Positions 1 to 11,091 of a stretch of DNA of 64,000 nucleotides are shown one piece after another. Numbering within the stretch: position 1 is the stretch's first letter; each line of letters starts with the position of its first letter. The translations under genes were made by a program, and so were the position numbers. Under the pieces are notes generated by a model. It was not told the DNA's origin and did not search any database. It was given only the letters and a program-made list of their open reading frames with translations. Source of the DNA: Takakia lepidozioides (lineage: Eukaryota; Plantae; Bryophyta); NCBI GenBank assembly GCA_030704615.1, contig CM060733.1:46872001-46936000 (forward strand), written 5' to 3'.

Positions 1-3000
1 AGGAGAGGATAGCCATGCAATTGCCAATGGCAAACCACCGGAAGTCCATGCGAGCAGGGCTCACATTTCCGATGAAGTAGCCACCTTTCATGGGCATGAA
101 GTCAAAAACCCAATCGGGAATAGAGTCTGGAATGACATTGAACTTATTCACAGCTGTATGAGAGTACTCTTCAGTTTTGTAGCGATAAATGCTATTGAGC
201 TGGGTGTGATCCAGCCAAAAGTACTCGCGTATGTGGTAGCTCAGAGCATGCAGCCGCTTATCAATGCGTTCTAAGAATTCCTTCCCCTCCCCCTCTGCTG
301 TGAGCAGACTTTTGGCTGACCGTAGCGCCATGAAAAAGAGGGCTTGAATTTCAATAGGATACCCATAGATGCCCTGCCATTCCAGCCCAGTCAATTAGTC
401 CTGTCATCCACCGTCAGTAAACATCAAAAGTGTCAGACTGTGCGACTGACCAATGGCAAATAGCGAACATTCCAATCTCCCACACTAGCCCCCCACAAGC
501 CAATTTCTGCATACAATTTAGCCTGGGTGAGGATTCAACTAGGCCACCCACATACCATTCGGCGATCGACCATGCAGCAACCGTCAGCACAGAGAAGAGT
601 TGGAAAAGTGTCGAAACCATCGGAGACACAGAGTGTCAAAATAAGCCTTATGCCACGTTGGCAGTCAGGCATGTCTGCTAGACTATGGTCCCCAGTTGCT
701 TTCACATAAGCACGAAGAAGAATGATCCACCAAAAGCCTGAGTCAACTGGGGCCACTCTGCCGATTGCACTCTCACCAAAATCAGCTATCATGGTGTCTG
801 TCTTGCGCACTGGGTCATGGAGCACCTAACCAGGACAACAATGCCATCAATACCAGAGTGTAACTCCCACAGGTAGCATAGCCATTGCATTAGGCTCCTC
901 ATCCAGGAAAATCATGAGATCACTTGTGGTAGGTCATACACGTATCTTTGGCTTTCTGGTGACGCTTTCAAATAGGCAAACATATGCTACATCACCGACA
1001 TCAAGCTTCAAAGACTCACCTTGAAACTTGCAGGCATGACACCTTCCCCAAGCGTAAAACAGTCGATTCGTTTCTCAATGGACTGAAGCCGTAAAGTTTT
1101 GAGCAAAAAGTTTTTCACAATCTCTGGCTCCCCATTCATAAGAAATGCCAATGCACTGGGCACAAAATCCCTTACAAAGACCTGCATTGGCGATTGGATT
1201 CAGACAACTTCATCACTGGAAAATTCTAACTGGAATAGATCATCCACCTAGTCACTTATAAAAGTATGACATTGCAGAGCCAACAAACTGCATTTGGGTA
1301 AACTCTAGTGTCAGAGGAGGAACTACATAATCAGACCTTAATAACAGGACTGCGCACCAACACAAATTATTAACCACTCTCACGAACAGATTAGATGACA
1401 ATGTAGTACTTTTCAATAAAAAGAAAATGGGACAAGACAATTTCCATTTTCATGGCACAATGACGGCTGTTTGTCAACATCCAAGAGGAAAGTCCCCAGG
1501 TGGTGAACAAGCTTTCATTGGGTCTACAAAAAACAAGAGGAAAACCTACCGAGAGCGTCTGCAATTGGCTGCAAAGCTCCTACCAGGAATCCATCTTCCT
1601 CTGCTTTGAGATCATGGCTTGGAATCCAACCTATAGTACTACATGTTCTCTCTCTCTCTCTCTCTCTCTCCAATTGCCTAATCAAACTCTTTGACCAGCA
1701 ACATTTCAAATCAATGCAGAAATACAGAAAACCTTTCTACAACTAAGTTTCTCAGCAGCCAACCCATAAACATTAGCTCAAGAAAATCATAACACTCCTT
1801 CATAGATCAATTGCCAGAGTAAGAGCCCATTGGACTGGCTAATAATACCAACCTAGTTCTGCCAAAAGGTTAGGTTGCAAAGCTATCCGAAATGAAAAAA
1901 TACCAAAATCCCCCGAGACTACATTCAAGTACATCACAGTGAGAAAGCAAAGTTCAAGGCATAAAATGTCTCCTATTTGATCATGGAAGCACACCATTGT
2001 TTGCATGATTACACCACAGTCAGCCAGAGGCACAGTGCTCAGGAATATTTTAGTGAGGAAACCGCTATAGAGATGAGGCTAGAGGAGCTTACTACTACAG
2101 GATTGGAATGGCAGGAAGGATTCTGTACCTGTACATAGATATTGTGTAAGCTAGGTGTCTAAATATAAGAGGCTTAATTGGTGGTGTCTTTAGAATGCGG
2201 TGAGAGAAGCTTAATAGATGACTTAAACACTGGAATGTCCTGTTACACTTTGCCTATGATCTTGAGTTTAGTGTAATCCTAAACATTCTTCATGCATTCA
2301 TAGTGCCAGTAACTGCCTCCTCAGCCCCACAACAAAGGGCCGAGTGCAACTACCCACTAAAACATAACCTTCTTCCAACTCGCCAGGGTGAGATAATTGC
2401 ATGTGCTGCAATCTTTAGCATCTAAAACTCAAATGTAGCAATAATGTTTCAAATCCAGCTCTCTCCAGATCCATATGTGCCTTGGTAACACGGAAATGAC
2501 TGTGCGAAGACCAATGCCCGCTGTCAATCTCGTAAGACTTATGTCATTGCACTTACTTACGCAACACATGCATTAGGGAAAGAGACTCAATTCTTCTCCC
2601 GCTGGCTGGAGTGGCCATCTTCCCTTGCTCTCTCCCTCATCTACAAACCAGCCTACTTAGCCTACACCAAGGCAGACAACCATCAACATGATACCTGAGT
2701 AGGGGGGGCATAAATCCTTGAAAGAGACACACATACCTGGTTGTAATTGAGAGAGTCCTCCGTTGGATCCATGGCAGCAATGGTTCCCACAGGCTTCGCC
2801 CGGAAATACACCAACGACCTTCTTAAAGCGTCCCATGCATCCGCAATCATCGGGTGCGGCTCAAATGAGTGCAACGTCCGCGGGGTGCCCGCCGAGACTG
2901 ATCGTATGCTTGGAGAAAGCAAGCCCTCCAGACACTCGGAGCTTTTCACTGTCTCTAACTGCCTGGGGGGCCGTGGAGAAGACATGCCTGCAGATATGAT

Positions 3001-3195
3001 ATCATTGAAAGCCCTTTCATCTAATGACCGGCTAGTGTCGATCGGGTGCATGGGCCGAGGCTTCACCTCAAGAAGCTTCGCAAAATCAATGCCATTGTCT
3101 GTAGCATTGCAATAGGCATCCAGCTGGTTTCTCCCCAGGGCCTCGGGTGTAGTTTCCAAGGAGAGGGAGCTTAGACTAAGCATATCTAAAGGCAT
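1..3195 (-). CDS. CINV: Cytosolic alkaline/neutral invertase (GH100), 3' end outside window; exons 3195-2737, 1181-1020, 825-556, 373-<1
   Basis: Spliced translation with GT-AG junctions gives [27 protein letters not shown]|[36 protein letters not shown]|[49 protein letters not shown]|[35 protein letters not shown], the hallmark motifs of A/N-invertases. Confidence 0.95.
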
Positions 3196-4215
3196 GGGTC
3201 CCTAATTCACAATCTCTTCGCGCTCTTCCGCAAGGATGTTGTGTTCTCAGGCTCCTTTACCTTTCAGACTCCCGTCCGAATTTTCAGCAACTGCACAACC
3301 AGCGAACTTGTCACGGTGTCTTGAGATCTGACTTGACAGCTGCTAGTCCAGAGCAGATCGAAGATACTTGATAGGGCTCATGCAACCCTGGAATGAAACA
3401 ACTTTTATCTTCGGTTCTTACCACTTCTGAACGCAAAGTAACTCTACGACAAAGAGCTTCCCAAAATGCTCACGATGACCGGTCTCCTCGCAGGTTCACG
3501 CTGTGAAGATGACTACTTTCAAACCAGTTTCGCCTGCGATCTCATAAACGGTCCTGAATGCCAACATCAACCCGAGCCTTACAATGCAGACACAATTTGC
3601 ACATGTCCGGGTTGCACGAAACAAGAAACGTTGAGACACCAGGTCAAGTGCTTGCATCAAGCTGTCCAGAGGTCTTCAAGCCTACCGAAAACACAGCAGC
3701 GAGAAATACCCTGTGAAGCCAGATCCGCTGTAAAGGATACAGCAAAAAAAATGTCTACAAGACAAAACTGGCATCAGCGGCGCTCAGATCCGCGGAGGCA
3801 ACGATTTCACTTCCAGATGATAGAAGAAAACTTCCGCCAAATCGGACACTACAACAAGAAGGTAAGTACCAGGTAGGAAAGGCAAATTTCAAGTGGCATG
3901 CAGACCGACAGCAGACTAACAAATTCAGAGGCTGGTCTATGAACGCCAGATGACCTCCGAGGCCCGCAGCAGACCAGCCTGGATGTCAGCGAGGCTGACT
4001 CACATACAACTGAACGGCAGAAGACGTGATCAAAGTCAGTCTGCAAATTATGTAACAAAATTCCTCACGGGGTGAAGGGAGGCGGAAGGCCCCAAACACG
4101 GAGGGACACCCACCAACACCCCGGCCTGTCTGCGGCACCCTTGCCTCAGACGCACCAAATCGCTCCTACTTGTCCGAGCGAAGAATTGAAAGAGACGAAG
4201 GTGCGCGAGACGTAA

Positions 4216-4221
4216 TTTATA
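4216..4221 (-). promoter_or_regulatory. Candidate TATA box (TATAAA on minus strand) for the invertase gene
   Basis: CTTGCTATAAATTACG on the minus strand, between a GC/CpG-rich upstream block (about 4250-5480) and a putative long 5' UTR. Confidence 0.3.
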
Positions 4222-6912
4222 GCAAGAAGACGGCCTGCTCCTGCCAGCTCCCAAGCTACCCTATTATTGAGCCCCGCCCTCTCCCCATATACCCCCCTTC
4301 ATCAGCCCCGCCCTCTGCACCGGGGTCCCGGTCTTTGCCAGCGCGGAGGGCCCTACACTTCCACGGGCTAAACCCGACACCACCCCGCAGTCGCTATTCA
4401 AGCCGCGGAGGGCTACGCTCAAGGAACCCGGGCTGACCGCGGGGACGGAGCTAGAGACCGGGCGCGGGGCGGGAGCAAACGGGGCCGGGCACCGTTATGC
4501 GACCGGTTGGGCATCGCCGCTGACACGCGGCTGTCGTCAGCCGGTGGCTGTACCGGCGGCGCGAATACGGGACCACCAATTTTCTGTGGCCCCCCCATCC
4601 ATCACTCAGCCTTCTTGGTCAACCAACTCTTAACGACGCTCATCCATCCCGCTGCCACGTTCATCGACGGCACTGTGCAAAAGTTGGCGTGAATCGGATG
4701 AGAAACGCCGTGCACGGATGAATCCACCCTAAGACGCCTGTGCACCACACGAGAGGCGAAACTTCCGAGGCCGTCGCGGCGAAACGCCGCAGCCAACACA
4801 AAGCCCGTGATTGGCGAAACCCTGGGGCGGGCCACCCGGGTGATGGGCGCAGGGCGAAGCGTGGCGCCACCACCGGAGACCTCCGATTTTTCACCGCCTT
4901 TCACCTCACCCTGGTTTGGTGGTACGTACCCGGTTCTTTGTCGGTTGTGGTCGCTGGTGACCGGGACGATGGGCCGGTCGGGCCTGGGCCCGGTCTCGGC
5001 TGCCGGACCCCACCACTCGAATGGCCGGGTTCAGGTGACGCGTACCAAACCTGGCCTTGCAGTTGCGCCCGCCCTTTCCGCCTACCCTATGTTCTCCCCT
5101 ATGTACCTAGGGGTGGACGCACCGGGTTGTTGGGGGATCTGGTTTGCCGGGCCCCCCCTAGTAACGGACCCCTAGAATGTTTGTTGTGGCCGTGCCCTAA
5201 CTAGCCGGCGTAGCTACATTCATCCTACATTCACGGGTTATTCATTCGTTGACTGGCACACAAAAGCGTCTCCACAAGGTGGGGGCGCAAAGGCAATGTG
5301 CGGCATGGACGCCGCGGGGTCCCACCCGCAGGCCGGGGCTCGATTCACCGCTGGCCAGTAGGCTCGCGCCAGCGCGGCGGCGTGCCACGCTCTTTGAGCG
5401 GTCAGAAACCAAAGCAGCTGAGAATCGGACCGCGCGGGTAGCGTCCGGTTGTCCACGTGGGCGAGCTCTTAGAGGCCACGAGCCTCCCTGGCCAAACTAC
5501 CAAATTGTAATTAAGCAAAAATATGAATAAATTCAAAAGTACAGCATCATATTCACATGTTATTTGGCTGTATTAAAACTTTTTGATTGCAGGCCCAGGG
5601 AGTTGCAGTACAGAAATAACCCGCATGGGGAAGAGGCTCTTATTTATGCAAGCTTCGTCATATATATACAGAAATAACCGAGTGTTGTGCGTGCACGGAA
5701 TGCGGATGGCACTGATTAGCATAGAAACCCTCCCGGGAATGTCAACTGTTGCAACGCATTACAATGGTGCGATCAAGTCCGGAAACGCTCCGCAAATGAT
5801 TCCAAAATGTGGATAGTGACATTGCAATTCCTGTCACGAGTTCCATACTTGACCTAAAAACATGGATGACTGCGAGGTTTTCATTACAAGCACACAACAA
5901 CATGGTTCCTTGTAAAAGTACCCGCGCTTCGTTTTCTATGTTCCGTTTCCCAAGCTTCCAACAGACAGCACGCTATTGTAGTTCCGTCATTTTGTGGTTG
6001 ATCAGAGTACATGCCTTAGGATAGGGATGGGAAATTAAAGAAAAAGCACAGTTGGGTGGCATTCTTCCGTAAACGTGTGCGGATCTACCTTGTACATTTG
6101 GCTTTCTAGGGATGGTGGTGGTGATGATGATTATCAGTGTCCACGGAAACAGTATACGTCCGACAGCCAGGACTGTCCCACTACCAGGACAGATTGTTGC
6201 TAACCCACACCGAGCCTAACTCTTCCAACCGCCACTCCGAAAAAATAAAATCCGAACCCCCTAGTTTGGTGGTCAACCGAACAAGGTTCGGAATGTCACG
6301 GACTAGAGCAAGGGACCAAAAGATACATGCCAAGGGCATGGGTCACGTGGGTGAGATGTGGCGGGCGAATCGCGGGGTGGATGGTGCACCAAGGAGTTTG
6401 TGAGGATTTCGCACCGGTCAGATCCGGTAGTCAACACGCACCTCCCTTCCACACTAGTCGCCATCTCTCACCCACCATTGGGTTTGTTGTGAGATATATT
6501 CAGATGCGGACATGAGAAGAGATTTTTTGTTATGCACTGAGATTTTTACCCACAGCCAAAAAATCTAGACAAGTATGGTAACACAAAATTGTGTTGGTTG
6601 AGGTCAAAGATTTGGAAGTAGACAAGACTATTTGGGTACTACAAACGATGGAGTGATGGTGAATACATCCGCAATGTTGGTTTTTCAATCATCGACGGTT
6701 CAATCGTTGCACTTCTACTACAGTAAACATTTGCTGGAAGACCGGACGGCCAGTGGTTTTGGGGTCCAGTCCGACAGGGACAAAAAGTGACGGAACTGGC
6801 CATGCAACATGGGACACATGGTGCTGTCACAGGGACAAGAGGTTTCCACGACCTTCTGTTACTCCGCTTTCGATTGCAATGGCATACCTCCACCTACTCT
6901 CCAATTTATTTT

Positions 6913-7100
6913 GTCGACAACCAAGTTGTAGCAATGGTAATGGGCACATACCACCTGGGAAGTGGTTGTGGGTTCAATGTTCAATCCATGGATTGGTGTC
7001 AGAAAGGTGTCCACCCTCCTAGCGGAATGTAGGTAACCCTTGGGGGTGAAGAGACACCATAATTTACGCTTCCTTGGGGAGGCGTCAAATATTAATATCA
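6913..7100 (+). mobile_element. tRNA-derived SINE, copy 1
   Basis: Degenerate A box (TAGCAATGG) and B box (GGTTCAAT); 3' hairpin at 7064-7086; AT-rich tail; 13-bp TSD TCCAATTTATTTT at 6900-6912 and 7101-7113; homologous to 30333-30513 and 40243-40397. Confidence 0.85.
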
Positions 7101-7409
7101 TCCAATTTATTTTCATTTATGTAATCCACACAACAAATTAGCAGCAGTCTTCTCCGAATCACATTGACGTTGATCATCAACCCTGAATGCACAACAGGGC
7201 TGTGGCCCGCTGGTAACACATCCTCTCCTTCGACCGGTGGGTCTGGGGCTCAAACCCCTGTGTGCTGTTTCTCTCGGTGCCTGGGGCTCTTCCCCTGTTT
7301 CCCTTCATGGCTTGAAAGGGGGTTTATTTTCCCCTCAAGGCCGGCAAAGAAAACAAAATACATAAAATATAATTAAAAATTGAAAACAAATTGATTCTGG
7401 CAGGCCCCA

Positions 7410-7513
7410 TGGCCGGACCTCGGCACTGTCTCCAAGACAGCGAGGATAAGTTAGCGCCGGGCTGCCCCGCCTCCCACCTGCCCGCTGCGCCGTTTTGTAC
7501 GGCACGCTGGCGC
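7410..7513. repeat. Left arm of GC-rich inverted repeat (partner at 10711-10812)
   Basis: The reverse complement of 7444-7491 nearly matches GGCGCAGCGGGCAGGTGGGAGGCGGGGCAGCCCCCGCGCTAACTTATCC at 10735-10783. Confidence 0.8.
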
Positions 7514-7779
7514 CAACTGGCGTAACAAGGGGCCACCCGGACCGGCCCGTGCTTGCCAGAGCCACTATGGCACTAGGTATGCTGTCCAATAACTGCTCTC
7601 CCATATATCACCCTCAAAAGTGTATGGCTAAAAAGGTTGAGCCGGACACTTTTAATGAGTCTATGTCAGATTATAGAAAATACATTATTTATAGTATAAA
7701 ACACTTCTTTGATGGATCTGTTCATTGCAGCTCATGTCAAAATCTGACAGTGACCTGTCATTCAATTTTACCTCTAAAT

Positions 7780-8140
7780 TTGGACAACTGTGGTCTACCT
7801 GCCCGGTGTGGTCAACCCCTTAGAGCTTACACGTTGTGGAATATTTGGAAATCTAGATGTGCATTCATATGTGAGGGGAGACCCAATTGTATAAGAGCTA
7901 CTCTGTGTAAGGTTCACTCAGACCTGATTTCTGAGGCCTGCAAGGCATGGTGGGTTATGGGGGAAGCTTTTTGCAGATGTGATCAAAGACGGAGAGCTCA
8001 ACTGCTCATTCAATTTTAGAGCACATGGGGCAAGGGAGTTGTCATCTGCTTCCGACCACCGACCTCGGGAATTCAATGGAATGAGGGCCATCCTACCAGG
8101 TTGGGAGCTCGATTAGTGCACGTCAATCCCTTGTAGATGG
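7780..8140 (+). mobile_element. Decayed L1-like LINE ORF2 C-terminal fragment
   Basis: Translation TLWNIWKSRCAFICEG fits the LW.IW..RN...F motif of plant L1 ORF2 C-termini; contains an in-frame stop. Confidence 0.45.
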
Positions 8141-8769
8141 TGACGAGTCTGAAGTAAACTGGAGGCACCGTAGATCGTTCAAAACAACTAGATCTAGAAC
8201 CCATCTTTCTTTTGAACCTTACAAAAGAAAGCGTGGCAGCTATTAGAGTCCTCTTCTTTTCTTTGCAAAGATTAGTTATCTATTTACCCTTGCTGCTCTT
8301 CTTGCTACTGTTCTGCTCTAAGCATTGTCTTACTGGATCAGCCTATACTGCACTCCCAACTGAGGTTTTTTTTTTTTTTTTTTTTTTCTCTCTTTCTTTT
8401 CTTAATAATAAATTTTTAAAAGAAGAGGGACGGAGGCCTCAAGTATACTCTGTATACTCTTGGGTTTTTAGTCCCCCTGTCATAAAGCTTAGGGCTTCCA
8501 TCCGCTTAAAAAAGATAAAAAATAATGGATGGTGTAGTACATTACATTCTTCGATTTTAAATATCATTTATATAATTTGTTAGGATGAGCTTGATATATA
8601 TCATTAATATTACAATAAATAATATGATCAATATTATAAACTTGGTATACTAATATGAGTAATATTATGTATAAGTAACCTTATTATATCTTATTCTAGT
8701 TGAATGTGTTTTGTTTTGTTTTTGAATGATTTTTAACTTAATTAGAGACATTATGATTTGATGTACAAG

Positions 8770-9440
8770 ATTCTATAAGTTTAGGATTGTCATTTTAAAT
8801 GGGTTGGTATTCAATGTTGTGGATGTTGATATTTCATCTAATATATTAACAAAAATATAATAATGACTCAAATTTAGTACACTAAGCTAAAAACACATGG
8901 AAAAAAAACTAAGTGGTTTTAGGAATGGCATCATTTAAGTGAGGATTAATGTTACATTGGATGTTGATATTTTATATTTATTAACAAAAGTGTGTGACAG
9001 AGTTCCATATAATGAGCGATGCACAAATGGGTTTAAGGGTGTCATTTATGTGGGGCCTATAGTTATATTAGATGTTGATATCTCATACATATTCACAAAT
9101 GTGTATAGCACATTCTCATATATCTCACCATGCACAAATATAAAATTGTGCAAAAATCGATTTAGAAATGTTATTTAAGTGGACTTTCGCTACACTACAT
9201 GACATATTAATAGAATATATGACAAATTTCATACATGTAACCATATCCATATGATAAGTGTGGGAAAAATGGGTTTATGAGTTTCATTTAACTAGGCTAG
9301 TATGACATTTGATGTTGATTTTTTATACATATTCAGAAAAAGTATATGGTCTAATTTTCGGGGATGTAAGATATACATCTAAATTTGATAATGGATACAA
9401 GTGTAAGACTCATCTAAGCTACACATTGTTGTTCAAATGT
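8770..9440 (+). repeat. Degenerate AT-rich minisatellite, unit about 110-140 bp
   Basis: Recurrent GATGTTGAT at about 8822, 8960, 9071 and 9311, each preceded by variants of AAATGGGTTTA..GTCATTTA. Confidence 0.6.
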
Positions 9441-10710
9441 GCAAGATTATATGTGTTACATATGGTCATTAATTTTTATCTATTAGTGACACATTTTGTG
9501 TCAATACCTAATGAACATGTAAACAATCATATACATCAAAACATAATGTCTCTCTTTCAAAATTAAAAACATTTGTTGACCAATACATAACAACGATATA
9601 AAAATATTCATCAATATGTAAAATAATTCATGTATATTAAGTCCATTCTAAATGATATCACTTTAAATATATCAAGTTCATTAGAAAAAATGTTAATAAT
9701 ATTTGAGAATACATCTGAAAAAAGGATGAATGTAGTACAATATATCCACATTTCATTTATTTTTTGGATATCATGTCTCGTTATATTTTTCATAACTATG
9801 TTATTTTCATATTTTTACATTTACATTCATTTGTTTAAAAAAATAAAAATGGGATGGAAAGCCCTGAACTTTATAACAGAGGGACTAAAAGCCCAACTGG
9901 AGAAGCTGAAGCTTCTGATGAAGCTGAAGTCAACTGGAGACACCACAAAGCGTAGCCTCAGAAAGGGGAAATCCAAAGTTCAACTCTCGTTTGAGGGCTC
10001 TAAAAGGAAAGGGGTAGCACGTACAAGCCTTCGGAGTAACTTGTAGTTTAGGCTCTTTTGGTTCTGAATGCTTTGTATAGATTACGTGGCCCCTCTTGCA
10101 GAGACTGGCTGTTGCCATCTTCTCTGGCTTTCTCCCTCCTTCAACATTCTGTGTTTTTGGCTCCAAGTGGAACCTCAATCATCTGCCTTCATGGCTCTTT
10201 GTAAGGTTATTTTTTCCTTACCTTTTTAATAAAGTTTCCAGGGCCACTGTCCCCTGTTCTCTTTACCAAAAAAAAGAAAAGAAAAAGCCCAAGGAGTACC
10301 TACACAGAGGAAAAAATAACCTCGGATGAAAACCTCTAATATATGTGCTGATATATTCACTATATTCATCAAATGTTCCCAACTATAATTCGAACACACT
10401 ATAAACAGACTGTAATTATGGATATATTTCCATGTGTATAGAAGATATTAATATGCATTTTTATTTATTTATTTATTTTAACACCTATAGAAGTTAGAAC
10501 CAGAAAAATAAACACTTGTACGCTCGTACGATAGCGACGTCACTGAAGGGCAAAAGCGGTATATCTTCTAAGTGGGCCTCACAGTGAGCCACGTATGGCC
10601 CACCGGGTCCCGCAGGCAAAGCCCATAGTGTCATTGCCAGGAGTGGCCCCACTTGGGCGCCCGCGTGGCGCAGAGGACCGGGCAGCAGGGCGGTCAGCAG
10701 GAGTCCTTGT

Positions 10711-10812
10711 GCGCCAGCGTGACGTAGCGGACGTGGCGCAGCGGGCAGGTGGGAGGCGGGGCAGCCCCCGCGCTAACTTATCCCCTGTCTGGGACCCTGT
10801 GCCCAGCCGGGC
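10711..10812. repeat. Right arm of GC-rich inverted repeat (partner at 7410-7513)
   Basis: About 48-bp near-identical core plus weaker flanking similarity. Confidence 0.8.
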
Positions 10813-11091
10813 CGCCCTTTCTTCCCACAAACAATAAAATATATAAATGCTTCCAATGTTTTTGGATGAATTGTTTTTGAATGATTCCCGTCGAAATAAG
10901 ATGCATCGGGTCGCCCGACCCTTCAACGGCTCCCCCGGGTCCAGCAAAATCGCGGGCCTCGTGAATAAGGGCGGGCACGGGGAATGTGAAGTTGAGAGAG
11001 AGAGAGAGAGAGAGAGACAGGCGATAGCTATCGATTGATGGACTGAGGCAAGTTGCTGTGGAGGTGGAGTTCGGGATCGCAAGGGGAAGCA

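Noticed and set aside
4250-5480. Overlapping ORFs in a GC-rich block
   Set aside because: No recognisable domains, and long ORFs are expected at this GC content; more likely promoter or TE-derived sequence.
8770-9440. CRISPR-like repeat-spacer array
   Set aside because: The units are degenerate along their whole length, with no identical repeats separated by unique spacers, and the context is eukaryotic; this is a minisatellite.
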